64,000 bases of DNA from Spirochaetia bacterium (lineage in GTDB: Bacteria > Spirochaetota > Spirochaetia > DSM-2461): the NCBI GenBank assembly GCA_963668315.1, contig OY764216.1, positions 1,408,001-1,472,000 on the forward strand, given 5' to 3'. The notes below the pieces were generated by a model that was given only the letters and a program-made list of their open reading frames with translations, was not told the DNA's origin and did not search any database. The position numbers and the translations under genes are program-made. This document shows positions 40,332 through 50,081 of this stretch, in pieces. Numbering within the stretch: position 1 is the stretch's first letter; each line of letters begins with the position of its first letter.

Positions 40332-40362
40332 AGGATCAACCCTCCCCTCGGGGGAGAGTCAA
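40332..40362 (-). promoter_or_regulatory. BmrR-type promoter/operator
   Basis: TTGACT-CTCCCCCGAGGGGAGGGTT (19 bp)-GATCCT with the dyad CTCCCC-CGA-GGGGAG. Confidence 0.8.
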
Positions 40363-42692
40363 GACCATTCTGTCGGTTTGCCTATGTGGTAGCCCTGGCC
40401 GAAATCGATTCCTATTTCCCGGGCAAAATTCTGCAGCTCTTCCGTTTCTATGTATTCGGCAATAGTCTTGATTTTGGCTTTCTGGGCGAACTGGATAATG
40501 GATTTAACCAGGGAGAGACTGTTGGGATCTTCCAGTATGTTCTTTGTCAGGCTGCCGTCGATTTTTATGAAATCCGCATTCAGTTTGAGCAGATAGGTGA
40601 AATTGGAAAACCCCGACCCGAAATCGTCTATGGCGATGCGTATCCCTTCCTCTTTGAGCCGGTTGATGATTTTAAGGATACCCCCGAAGTCCCGGAGCTC
40701 CTCCGTTTCGACAATCTCGAGAATCAGCCTGTTCTGAACCTGGCAGAGATGGGCCTGCTCTATGAGAAGATCGATGGTCTCCCGGTCGGTGAAGTCCTCA
40801 ACTGTCAGATTGATAGAAAACTCCTCCGGCCTGTTCTGGAATACGTAGAAGGCTTTCTTGATAACATAATGGGTTATTTTTTTGTATAGCCGCCCTTCCT
40901 TGGCCAGCTCAATGAAATCCTCGGGGCTGATTGTATTGCCCTGGTCGTCTTTCATCCTGATAAGGCATTCGTATTTATTGATTTCTCCCGTAGAGAGATC
41001 CATGATCGGCTGATAGGTAAGGAACATGCTGGAATTGGACATAGCGAGTTTAATCGTATTCAGCTTATTGACCTTTTCCATTTTGACCCGGGAGTCGCCC
41101 AGTTCTTTGTCTCCGTATATAAGAAAACCGTCGGAGCTCTCCTTCGTCGCAGCCAGAGCGGAGTCGGCGATAATCAGAGCATCCCTACTGCTGACCGAAA
41201 CGCCGCACCGGACCGAGATAGGGATATGGGCGTTGTCAAAATCGAAGGAGAAATTGTTGAGTACGAACATCCGCGTCCGGCACTGCTCTATGAATTTTTC
41301 TTTCTTGTCATCCCTTGATATGATGACAAAGGTATCTGCCTGGGATCTGTATAGCGATTCCCCCCCCCTGAGAAGGGATTTGAGAGTGTTCCCTATCTGG
41401 GTGAGGACTTCGTCGCCCCTCTCTATTCCGTAGAAATGGTTGATGCTGCTGAAATGGTCCACATTGTACTGGGCTATGAGCGGTTTCTTCAGCTGGTCAT
41501 AATCGGCGAGAAGCTTGGCCCTGTTGCCGCAGCCCGTGAGAGAGTCGATATAAATTGAGTTCTGCAGATGGGTTTTCGTCTGCTGCAGTTCCGTGATATC
41601 CAGGGCCACGGCGATGAAGCCTTCTCCTTTCCCCGAGGTATCATCCAGCTTTTTTATCTGGGCCTGAAGCCAGAATAGACCGCCCGATGTATTCTGGCAC
41701 ATGAGGACCCCGTTCCATGTTTTACCCTCTTTGAGGACAGTCAGAACTCCCCCCCGCTGGCTTTTCCTGTTCATGGGATAAAAATCCGTGGCAAAGTCCT
41801 CGTCTATCAGATCCGCCCGGTTATGTCCGGCGAGACGGCAGTACAGATCGTTAATATAGTTGATTTTCCCCTTTTCATCGGTGACCATAACGCACAGGTT
41901 GTCTTCCAGGGCATTCCTGTAGAGACGCAGATTGTACTGCACTCTTTTCTGTACGGCATGGGAGTTTCTCAGAATGATCGATACGGTTAAGATGAAAAGG
42001 AATAGAAAGCTGGAGAATAACAGCAGCCTGATTATAACCGTATGGCGGATTTTTTCGCCGAATTCTTCCCAGAGTCCTTTCTGCGCCTGAAGCATCTCAT
42101 CGGCTTCGTCCGAATAAAAGCCCGCTCCGATTATCCATTCCCAGGGGGCGAAATAGGTTATATAAGCGGTTTTCTGCCTGGCGGAGCTGAATATCTTATA
42201 GCGGATGAACCGCTCTTCTCCCCCCTTTGTCAGCTCCTCGAAAAGGGGGGCGAAATCTATATCCGCTTCATTTTTGATATCGCTCACGGAGTATCCTATC
42301 AGATCGATGAAGTCATGGCTGTAGAGGCATATTCCGTCTTTGTCGAAGATGAAGATACCGTCACCGCTCTTGCGGTTTGTCGATTCCTGTCTGAGCATGG
42401 AGAGTATATCGGATTTTGCCTTTTCTGTGGTACGTGAGGAGTCCTTGTTAATATACTGGAGGGTGCCCTGCAATTGAGCCACCGCTTCCCGGGCATTTTC
42501 ACGCTCATTACGGTCGTATTGGGCATAGGTCGTTTTTTGAGCGCTGATTTTTCCCATTTCGATGGAACGGTTCAATGTCTGGATTACGAAGAAAAAGAGA
42601 AGAGTTATAATGGTCAGGGAGAAGAGAATAAAATAGACAGGAGATATCTGCTGAGGAGTGAAGCGCCTCTTTTCCGTATTCAATTTTGACAT
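40359..42692 (-). CDS. Cache-PAS-degenerate GGDEF-EAL c-di-GMP phosphodiesterase
   Basis: Two TM helices flanking a Cache domain (PWEWIIGAGFY); PAS; GGDEF site replaced by SQADTF; ECL, SINL, DDFGSGFS, KIDG, QGY. Confidence 0.9.
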   Translation of the reverse strand: MSKLNTEKRRFTPQQISPVYFILFSLTIITLLFFFVIQTLNRSIEMGKISAQKTTYAQYDRNERENAREAVAQLQGTLQYINKDSSRTTEKAKSDILSMLRQESTNRKSGDGIFIFDKDGICLYSHDFIDLIGYSVSDIKNEADIDFAPLFEELTKGGEERFIRYKIFSSARQKTAYITYFAPWEWIIGAGFYSDEADEMLQAQKGLWEEFGEKIRHTVIIRLLLFSSFLFLFILTVSIILRNSHAVQKRVQYNLRLYRNALEDNLCVMVTDEKGKINYINDLYCRLAGHNRADLIDEDFATDFYPMNRKSQRGGVLTVLKEGKTWNGVLMCQNTSGGLFWLQAQIKKLDDTSGKGEGFIAVALDITELQQTKTHLQNSIYIDSLTGCGNRAKLLADYDQLKKPLIAQYNVDHFSSINHFYGIERGDEVLTQIGNTLKSLLRGGESLYRSQADTFVIISRDDKKEKFIEQCRTRMFVLNNFSFDFDNAHIPISVRCGVSVSSRDALIIADSALAATKESSDGFLIYGDKELGDSRVKMEKVNKLNTIKLAMSNSSMFLTYQPIMDLSTGEINKYECLIRMKDDQGNTISPEDFIELAKEGRLYKKITHYVIKKAFYVFQNRPEEFSINLTVEDFTDRETIDLLIEQAHLCQVQNRLILEIVETEELRDFGGILKIINRLKEEGIRIAIDDFGSGFSNFTYLLKLNADFIKIDGSLTKNILEDPNSLSLVKSIIQFAQKAKIKTIAEYIETEELQNFAREIGIDFGQGYHIGKPTEWS

Positions 42693-42823
42693 GATCCTTA
42701 ATTAGTAATATATATTATAACCACCAATCATACTATTACAAATTTTTTTAACAATTCGCTAAATATTCTTCCATTGCCAAAATAATCTTTGACTGGCAGG
42801 CGGGAAAATCCTATAGTGTATAT

Positions 42824-43486
42824 ATGAGAATTGCTATGATCGTCCCGGTCTTATTTTTTTCCCTTTTTCTCTTTGCTTCCTGCGCCACAGCTCCGGAACC
42901 GGAAACGGCCGGAGCGGAATCCGCCGCGATAGGCGATCCTTTCAGGCCGGTCAAGGATAAACTGGTCGAAGCGGCAGGATGGATGGAAGGACGGAAGAAA
43001 CTGGATGTCAACGGCCGCTCTTTTAATCTGGACTGTACGGGAATCGTCATGGCGGCTTACTGGTATGCCGGTATTGATCTGGGAAAGGATTTCGGGAATT
43101 ATACGGGAAACGGCGTGAGAAGGCTGTTTTATTACCTGGATGATCAGGGGCTCCTCTATGATACAGATCTGCCGTCGCCGGGAGATATCATTTTCTGGGA
43201 CAATACCTGGGATGCCAACGAGAACGGGGAGGCCGACGATACCCATACCCATGTGGGAATGATGGTCAGCCTGGACAGGAACACGGGCTCCGGAACCTAT
43301 CTTCATTACAATTATGCCAAGGGAATTATCGTCGAGAACATCAATCTTCTGGATAAGGATAATCCTTCGGCCAACTCTCCCATGCGTATGAGATCCCTGC
43401 CGAAGGTTGACGGATACCACTATCTTTCGTCACAGCTGGTGAATGAACTGGGGAAGGGGTATGAACTGGAGAGGAGCAACGGGTAG
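42824..43486 (+). CDS. NlpC/P60-CHAP-like lipoprotein (cell-wall peptidase)
   Basis: Lipobox FASC; LDCTG, PGDIIFWDNT, THVG, YLH. Confidence 0.8.
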   Translation: MRIAMIVPVLFFSLFLFASCATAPEPETAGAESAAIGDPFRPVKDKLVEAAGWMEGRKKLDVNGRSFNLDCTGIVMAAYWYAGIDLGKDFGNYTGNGVRRLFYYLDDQGLLYDTDLPSPGDIIFWDNTWDANENGEADDTHTHVGMMVSLDRNTGSGTYLHYNYAKGIIVENINLLDKDNPSANSPMRMRSLPKVDGYHYLSSQLVNELGKGYELERSNG

Positions 43487-43524
43487 GACACCTTCCTCTC
43501 TGACCGGCGGTGATCCGCGGGCAT

Positions 43525-43586
43525 AAAAAAAGGTCCGTAAGCTCTGGACGTCGATATAACTTACGGACCAATTTTTTCATTTACAT
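43525..43586 (-). ncRNA. Candidate sigma28-dependent small RNA (about 60 nt)
   Basis: TAAA-N15-GCCGAACA at 43618-43592, followed by a 10-bp stem (GGTCCGTAAG/CTTACGGACC) and U7. Confidence 0.45.
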
Positions 43587-43748
43587 TATTATGTTCGGCT
43601 TAAGCCGGGGAACCTTTAGAAAAAATGAGAACTTTTTTTTCGGACCGGGGATTCACCCCTGCGAATGTCCCCGGTATTCCGGGGGGACCGTAACAATTCC
43701 CGTTAAAAAAACATTGACATATTCAAAAAGTCGTAGGACAATTGAGTT

Positions 43749-43808
43749 GGTTTTGGGAAGTATTAAATAATTTTGGGAAGGGAAGGGGATATTTCGGTAT
43801 CCCTTTTC
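43749..43808 (+). ncRNA. Candidate sigma70-dependent small RNA (about 60 nt) with repeated UUUUGGGAAG
   Basis: TTGACA-N17-GACAAT at 43714-43742; repeats at 43751 and 43771; UUCG-capped hairpin plus U-run. Confidence 0.5.
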
Positions 43809-43871
43809 ACCCCATTTCTTTCCCCTAACTTCTTCTGTGTGGTAAAATTCCCTTTTTGCCCTTTAGTCCCC

Positions 43872-43900
43872 TTGATGAAATATTTCTCTATCTATATAAT
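43872..43900 (+). promoter_or_regulatory. fusA promoter
   Basis: TTGATG-N17-TATAAT. Confidence 0.7.
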
Positions 43901-44004
43901 CTTCTTGCTGTTCCCTCACTGTCTCTGAAAGACCGGCGGGAATGAGAAATTTGATCACACAAGGGTTATCACCCTGTTCATATTGAGAGAGGTTTAGAAA
44001 GCAT

Positions 44005-46107
44005 ATGGTTGACGACATTACCAAAATGCGCAATATCGGTATCAGTGCGCATATCGATTCGGGTAAGACCACCCTTACTGAGCGTATTCTTTTCTATTGT
44101 CAGAAAATTCACGCAATCCACGAGGTTCGCGGTAAGGACGGAGTTGGAGCTACCATGGACTCCATGGAACTTGAGCGGGAAAGAGGTATCACCATCGCTT
44201 CCGCTGCGACCAACGTTACCTGGAAGGGAACCGATATCAACATTATCGATACCCCAGGACACGTTGACTTTACCATTGAGGTAGAAAGAGCCCTCCGTGT
44301 TCTGGACGGAGCCATTCTGGTTCTCTGTTCCGTTTCCGGTGTTCAGTCTCAGTCTATCACGGTAGACCGTCAGCTCAAGAGATACAACGTTCCCCGTATC
44401 GCTTTCGTAAACAAGAGCGACAGATCCGGCGCCAATCCCTACAAAGTATGCGATCAGCTCCGTGAAAAACTCAATCTTAACTCCTGCATGATGCAGGTTC
44501 CCATCGGTCTGGAAGAGAAGCTGGAAGGTATGGTTGACCTTATTACCATGAAAGCTATGTATTTCGACGGTGACGACGGAGAGACTATCCGCATTGAAGA
44601 TATCCCCGCTGACCTTCAGGCAGAAGCCGAGGAAAGAAGAGAGATAATGCTGGATACGGTTTCCATGTTCTCCGACGAACTGATGGAAAAGATGATGGAA
44701 GGCGACGATATCCCCGAAGAGATGATTCATGAAGCCGTCAGAAAGGGAACTCTCTCTCTGGAACTCTGTCCCGTCTATCTCGGTTCCGCCTACAAAAACA
44801 AGGGTATTCAGCCCCTTCTCGATGCGGTTCTCAAATATCTCCCCTGTCCTACCGACGTGGAGAACAAGGCCCTTGACCTGGATAATGACGAGCAGGAAAT
44901 TGTACTTCCCTCCGATCCTTCCAAGCCCACCGTCGCCCTGGCGTTCAAGCTGGAAGACGGTCAGTATGGTCAGCTTACCTACATCAGAATCTACCAGGGT
45001 GTCCTCAAGAAGGGTACCGATCTTTACAACGTCCGTATGAAGAGAAAATTCAAGGTCGGCCGTCTGGTAAGAATGCATGCCAACTCCATGGAAGATATCA
45101 ACGAGGGACGCTGTGGTGACATCGTGGCTCTTTTTGGTGTGGACTGTGCTTCCGGTGACACTTTCTGTGACCCCAGCCTGAACCTCTCCATGACCAGTAT
45201 GTACGTTCCCAACGCGGTTATCTCCCTCTCCATCACTCCTATCGACAAGAGTGCTTCGGACAAGATGGCCAAGGCCCTCAACCGTTTTACCAAGGAAGAC
45301 CCCACTTTCCGTACCCACGTTGATCCCGAATCCAACGAGACCATCATTTCCGGTATGGGTGAGCTTCACCTGGAAGTATACATTGAGAGAATGAAGCGTG
45401 AGTATAAGGCCGAGGTTATCACCGGCGCACCCCGCGTTGCTTACCGCGAGGCGATTTCCCAGGCTGCCGACTTCAACTATACCCATAAGAAGCAGACCGG
45501 TGGTTCCGGTCAGTACGGTCGTGTCGCCGGTACCATGGAGCCCCTCGAAGTCGGTGAAGACGGACAGGAATACGAGTTTGTCAACCAGATCAAGGGTGGT
45601 TCTATTCCCAACGAATATATCCCCTCCTGTGACAAGGGTTTCCAGGAAGCCATGAAGAAGGGTTCACTTATCGGAGCTCCCGTTGTCGGTGTCAGAATGA
45701 TGATCAACGACGGTCAGTACCATACGGTTGACTCCTCCGACCAGGCATTCCAGACCGCTGCTCTCGGTGCTTTCCGTGAAGCTTACGGTAAGGCCAAGCC
45801 GATTATTCTCGAGCCTATTATGAAAGTAGCCGTTGAAGGTCCTGCTGAATTTCAGGGAAATATTTTTGGTACGATTAACCAAAGACGTGGTATGATTATA
45901 GGGTCTACCGAAGAAGGTAACAACTGCGTTGTTGAAGCGGAAGTTCCTCTTAGCGAAATGTTTGGTTATTCCACCGTTTTGAGATCTTCCACTCAGGGTA
46001 AGGCAGAGTTCACCATGGAGTTTGCCAAGTACGGCAAAGTTCCCCAGGGCGTTTCTGAAGAGCTGATCAAAGCTTATCAGGAAGAGAGAAAGGCCGCGGC
46101 CAAATAA
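44005..46107 (+). CDS. fusA: Elongation factor G (spirochaete/mitochondrial EF-G1 type)
   Basis: [48 protein letters not shown]. Confidence 0.97.
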   Translation: MVDDITKMRNIGISAHIDSGKTTLTERILFYCQKIHAIHEVRGKDGVGATMDSMELERERGITIASAATNVTWKGTDINIIDTPGHVDFTIEVERALRVLDGAILVLCSVSGVQSQSITVDRQLKRYNVPRIAFVNKSDRSGANPYKVCDQLREKLNLNSCMMQVPIGLEEKLEGMVDLITMKAMYFDGDDGETIRIEDIPADLQAEAEERREIMLDTVSMFSDELMEKMMEGDDIPEEMIHEAVRKGTLSLELCPVYLGSAYKNKGIQPLLDAVLKYLPCPTDVENKALDLDNDEQEIVLPSDPSKPTVALAFKLEDGQYGQLTYIRIYQGVLKKGTDLYNVRMKRKFKVGRLVRMHANSMEDINEGRCGDIVALFGVDCASGDTFCDPSLNLSMTSMYVPNAVISLSITPIDKSASDKMAKALNRFTKEDPTFRTHVDPESNETIISGMGELHLEVYIERMKREYKAEVITGAPRVAYREAISQAADFNYTHKKQTGGSGQYGRVAGTMEPLEVGEDGQEYEFVNQIKGGSIPNEYIPSCDKGFQEAMKKGSLIGAPVVGVRMMINDGQYHTVDSSDQAFQTAALGAFREAYGKAKPIILEPIMKVAVEGPAEFQGNIFGTINQRRGMIIGSTEEGNNCVVEAEVPLSEMFGYSTVLRSSTQGKAEFTMEFAKYGKVPQGVSEELIKAYQEERKAAAK

Positions 46108-46119
46108 GGAGAGGAAGTT

Positions 46120-46824
46120 ATGGTAAAAAAGGAAATCACCGAGAAAAGTCCGCTGCGTAAGCTGGAAAGTGCTGTCCAGGGCGGTTTGGGTGCCGGTAAC
46201 ATTGGCGTTATCGCTTCCAAGAAAGGTATCGGCAAGACCGCTGCACTGGTTCACATCGCTACCGACAAGCTTATGCAGGACAAGCACGTAATTCATGTTT
46301 CCTACTCCAACCGGGTTGATCACATCATTTCCTGGTATGAAGATATTTTTTCCGAGATTTCTAAAAAGAGGGATCTGGAAAATGCCATGGACGTCCACGA
46401 CGAACTGATCCGGAACAGGGTCATTATGAATTTCAACCAGGCCGGTGTAACGGTGGATCATGTTCTGGCAGCTGTCAAAGCTATGATGGATGCCGGACAG
46501 AAAGGAACCAATGCAGTCATTATCGACGGTTTTGATTTCACCAAAGCTTCCGCCGGGGATATTTCTTCTTTCAAGAAGTTTGCCGGCGACAACAATGTGG
46601 AGATCTGGTTCAGCGATTCCTATGAGAAGGAAGAAGGATATCAGGATGAGCAGGGACTCCCTGTGAATCTGAAGCCTTTCATCGATGATATTTCCGTTAT
46701 TCTGACTATGCAGAATGAAGGCGGGTTCATGATGATGACTCTGATTAAAGACCACCAGAATGTTCGTTCCGAAAAGCTTTCTCTCAAGCTGGAAATAAAG
46801 ACCCTTCTTATAGCGGAAGCATAG
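46120..46824 (+). CDS. RecA/KaiC/DnaB-fold ATPase-like protein of unknown function
   Basis: GGLGAGNIGVIASKKGIGKT (Walker A variant), AVIIDG (Walker B). Confidence 0.75.
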   Translation: MVKKEITEKSPLRKLESAVQGGLGAGNIGVIASKKGIGKTAALVHIATDKLMQDKHVIHVSYSNRVDHIISWYEDIFSEISKKRDLENAMDVHDELIRNRVIMNFNQAGVTVDHVLAAVKAMMDAGQKGTNAVIIDGFDFTKASAGDISSFKKFAGDNNVEIWFSDSYEKEEGYQDEQGLPVNLKPFIDDISVILTMQNEGGFMMMTLIKDHQNVRSEKLSLKLEIKTLLIAEA

Positions 46825-46848
46825 GGAGCCGTGTCTAAATAGTGATGT

Positions 46849-46883
46849 AGAGGGAAGCGGCTGTGGCTGTCTTCCCTCTATTT
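46849..46883 (+). terminator. Hairpin ending the fusA transcription unit
   Basis: AGAGGGAAG...CTTCCCTCT followed by ATTT. Confidence 0.6.
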
Positions 46884-46899
46884 GTCTTTTCGGAGGAGT

Positions 46900-47424
46900 A
46901 TGACCGCGACCCGGGAACTAGTGACAAACGATATTCTCGTAACGTGGGACGAAGGGAGTGATACGCCCTCTTCGCTCCTCTCCTCGCTTAATGTGTGCCT
47001 TGAGTTTATGACCGGCTACGACCGTTTTCTGGCCCACTCAGCCGGTTGGGACTGCGAATTGAACCTGGTCCTTCAGGGTATGGAAGAGCGGGGATTTCTC
47101 TTTAAAGTCACATGTCTCCTCATTCCTTCTTCCCAGCTCTATCTGGGGCAGGGGGATGCTTACGGGGATATTCTGGGCTGGCTGAAGCAGATGCATGTTG
47201 AGCTTCTGGAGCAGATTTTGACTTTCAATGAGCCGAAAGAACTGGAAGAACTGCTCTCCAGAGCCCGGAACAGGGCCGCCGAGGCAAGACTGGAAAGGGA
47301 ACTTCTTTTCTCTCTTGAGCAGCCCAGCAGAAAGCTGGCATTTCTGGAAAAAAGGTTCGGCGAACTGCTGGACGCCCACCGCGAACTTGATGGAAAAGTC
47401 ACCTTAAAAATCTTGAAAAAATAG
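46900..47424 (+). CDS. Hypothetical protein
   Basis: GGAGGAG RBS, ORF of 174 aa. Confidence 0.65.
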   Translation: MTATRELVTNDILVTWDEGSDTPSSLLSSLNVCLEFMTGYDRFLAHSAGWDCELNLVLQGMEERGFLFKVTCLLIPSSQLYLGQGDAYGDILGWLKQMHVELLEQILTFNEPKELEELLSRARNRAAEARLERELLFSLEQPSRKLAFLEKRFGELLDAHRELDGKVTLKILKK

Positions 47425-47494
47425 CATCCATCTTATGGAAATCGGTCTCACCGCGTACTATTATATAAGTGGATTTAATAAGAGGAGGATTGTC

Positions 47495-47680
47495 ATGTCC
47501 GATGAATTAGAAGAAGACACTCTTTCCCTTGAGGATATCGAAGACGATTACGATGAGCTCGATGATGTCAAAGAAGAGAGCTGGTCTGATAGTTTTGATG
47601 ATCTTGATGCGGAAGACTGGGATGAATTATACGGCGATGAAGAAGAAGAGCTTGACGGAGATCCCTGGGATTTGAACTGA
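47495..47680 (+). CDS. Hyper-acidic 61-aa protein
   Basis: GAGGAGG RBS; 32 of 61 residues are D/E. Confidence 0.75.
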   Translation: MSDELEEDTLSLEDIEDDYDELDDVKEESWSDSFDDLDAEDWDELYGDEEEELDGDPWDLN

Positions 47681-47683
47681 CAG

Positions 47684-48469
47684 ATGCTTTCACGGGAGAG
47701 ACTTGATTTTTACGATAGACTCAAATATACCATTCTCGATTCGGAGAAGGAAGAACTTGACGAGATTTTAAGGACTCTGATTCGAAAGCAGAATGCCGAT
47801 CAGTTCTACAGAGAGCTATTTGACGGCTGTTACATCGATTCGGCCGGTGAGATTGTACGTGTCGGCTTCTTCGGAGGAAAGGAAAATCCCGGCCCCCTGG
47901 AATACGCCATGTATACTCTCCTGGCCTATGCTCCCGATGATTTTCCCCTGAAAAAAAATATAACCAGCATACGGTTTATCGCCGATGAGAGCGGTCCCCG
48001 GCAGAATCTTCGTTTTCCCCGCCGGCTGGATTTTTTCCCCCATCTCGAACAGCTGGGCCTCGTGGGCTGGAAGACGGCTGCTGTGCCCAGGGAACTGGCC
48101 CGGTGCCGGCGGCTCAGGTACCTTTCCTTAAGAAATAACCGTTATGCAGAACTGCCCGAACCTGTTATGGGCATACCCAATCTGACCCACCTGGATATAA
48201 GCTACAATTTACTGGAATCCCTGCCGGAGGATCTGGACCGCATGAAAAGTCTGGAGACTCTTACGCTTAAGGGGAACCGGATCTCCCGGCTGCCCCTGTC
48301 GGTCAAGCGGATGGAAGCGCTGGAATATCTGGATGTGAGCTGTAACAAGCTGGTTGAGTACCCCCATTTCATCAATGACATGGCACAATTAAGATTTTTC
48401 AATGCCGCCTATAATGAACTGTCCGTCGAAGAGGAGGCGCGGCTTCACGTTGCCGCATCCCTGCCCTGA
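47684..48469 (+). CDS. Leucine-rich-repeat protein
   Basis: LSLRNNRYAELP, LDISYNLLESLP, LTLKGNRISRLP, LDVSCNKL. Confidence 0.85.
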   Translation: MLSRERLDFYDRLKYTILDSEKEELDEILRTLIRKQNADQFYRELFDGCYIDSAGEIVRVGFFGGKENPGPLEYAMYTLLAYAPDDFPLKKNITSIRFIADESGPRQNLRFPRRLDFFPHLEQLGLVGWKTAAVPRELARCRRLRYLSLRNNRYAELPEPVMGIPNLTHLDISYNLLESLPEDLDRMKSLETLTLKGNRISRLPLSVKRMEALEYLDVSCNKLVEYPHFINDMAQLRFFNAAYNELSVEEEARLHVAASLP

Positions 48470-48512
48470 GTCTTCTCTTGCGTATCCGCGAAGGAGATTA
48501 TATAATAGGGCA

Positions 48513-49337
48513 ATGAGTACAAAAGCCCTGATAACCCAGGACGAGCGGATATATAAGAATGACACTTATGAAACCCCGTCCGATACCAAGCGCCATTTGC
48601 GGGATATCCTTACATTCGGTTCCCGCTGGAGTTTCTATTTAAGCTATTTCTCCGTTGTATACAGACTGTGGATACGGGCCCGTAAAGGCAAAATGGGGTA
48701 TGACTACTATTCGCGGCTCAGCAATGAAATACTGGAAGCCGTGGAGAGTCACCGCGGCCGTCTTAAGATAGAAGGCCTGGATAAAATCCTGGACAGCGAT
48801 CAGAATTTCGTCATTATCGGCAATCATATAAGTTCCCTGGAAGCCCAGACCCTAGCGGGTATCATCAACTCAAGGAAAGTGGCTTTCGTCATGAAGGAGA
48901 GCCTGCTTACAACCCCCTTTTTCGGGCCTATTATGAAAAGCGCCAATCCCATTCCCGTTACAAGAAAGAATCCCATAGAGGATCTCAACAGCGTCATGGA
49001 GAAGGGGTGCGAATATCTGGCTAAGGGGTATTCGGTCATTATTTTTCCCCAGGGTACGCGTTCCCTTGTATTCGAACCGGCCAAATTCAACAAGCTGGGT
49101 GTCAGGCTGGCCCAGAGAGCGGGAGTTCCCTGCCTGCCTCTGGCGTTGAAGACCGACTATTGGGGCAATGGTAAAATCCTCAAGACTTTCGGGCCGACCC
49201 ATCCGGAGAAAACCGTGCATTTCGCTTTCGGTGATCCTGTCATCCCGACGGGAAAGGGAAGGAATGCCCATGAAGCGGTCATCTCCTTTATCTCCTCCAA
49301 GCTGAAAGAGTGGGGTTTTCCCGTGGTGGAGGAGTAA
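48513..49337 (+). CDS. Lysophospholipid acyltransferase (PlsC family)
   Basis: GNHISSLE (HX4E variant), FVMKESL, IFPQGTR. Confidence 0.88.
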   Translation: MSTKALITQDERIYKNDTYETPSDTKRHLRDILTFGSRWSFYLSYFSVVYRLWIRARKGKMGYDYYSRLSNEILEAVESHRGRLKIEGLDKILDSDQNFVIIGNHISSLEAQTLAGIINSRKVAFVMKESLLTTPFFGPIMKSANPIPVTRKNPIEDLNSVMEKGCEYLAKGYSVIIFPQGTRSLVFEPAKFNKLGVRLAQRAGVPCLPLALKTDYWGNGKILKTFGPTHPEKTVHFAFGDPVIPTGKGRNAHEAVISFISSKLKEWGFPVVEE

Positions 49338-50023
49338 TGGCCCGGCTTTACATGGTGGCGACACCCATCGGCAATTTGGAGGATATGACCTACCGGGCTG
49401 TCCGCATCCTGGGAGAGGTGGATTATATCGCCTGTGAGGATACGCGGCAGACACTTAAACTCCTGAATCATTACGGCATAAAGAAGCCCCTTATGAGCTG
49501 CCGGGCCGCCAATGAGAAACAGAGCGCTCCCGGACTGGTGAAAAAGATGGAAGAGGGCTTTGATATGGCTTACGTCTCCGATGCGGGAACGCCCGGTCTG
49601 AGCGATCCCGGAAAGATCCTTGTCAGGGAGGCAAGGGACAGGGGAATGGAAGTCATTCCCGTACCGGGTGCTTCGGCTTTCGCGGCTCTGGTGAGCATAT
49701 GCGGCTTTCCCGGGAAGGCGGTGACATTCGAGGGATTCCTTTCTCCTAAAAAAGGGAAAAGAAAAAAGCGCCTGGAAGAACTTCTTGAGAGGGGAGATGC
49801 CTTTGTTTTATATGAGTCGCCCTTTCGTATCGTTAAGCTTCTCGAGGACCTTTCTGACCTCTCTCCTGATGCTAATGTCCTTCTGGGTAGGGAAATAACA
49901 AAGAAATTCGAGGAAATATGCGAAGATTCCGCCTCTGCCCTATTTGCAGACTGGGAAAAACGAAGTACAATAAAAGGAGAGATCGCCCTTCTTGTTTCTC
50001 CGGGAACAGGAAAAAATGATTAA
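49337..50023 (+). CDS. rsmI: 16S rRNA C1402 2'-O-methyltransferase
   Basis: VATPIGNLED, CEDTR, SDAGTPGLSDPG, YESPFR, REITKKFEE. Confidence 0.95.
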   Translation: MARLYMVATPIGNLEDMTYRAVRILGEVDYIACEDTRQTLKLLNHYGIKKPLMSCRAANEKQSAPGLVKKMEEGFDMAYVSDAGTPGLSDPGKILVREARDRGMEVIPVPGASAFAALVSICGFPGKAVTFEGFLSPKKGKRKKRLEELLERGDAFVLYESPFRIVKLLEDLSDLSPDANVLLGREITKKFEEICEDSASALFADWEKRSTIKGEIALLVSPGTGKND

Positions 50024-50046
50024 TGTTATGGTGTTTCTGTCGATAC
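50020..50046 (+). promoter_or_regulatory. sigma28 promoter of flgM
   Basis: TTAA-N15-GTCGATAC. Confidence 0.6.
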
Positions 50047-50081
50047 TGTAACTACTGGAGAATGAAAGGAGTTCAGTGGCT

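Noticed and set aside
43341..43580. 79-aa - strand ORF starting in the sRNA candidate
   Set aside because: No RBS, runs through a terminator and overlaps the lipoprotein gene antisense.
48800..48845. HX4E instead of HX4D in the acyltransferase as a sign of inactivity
   Set aside because: Conservative change with other motifs intact; insufficient evidence.
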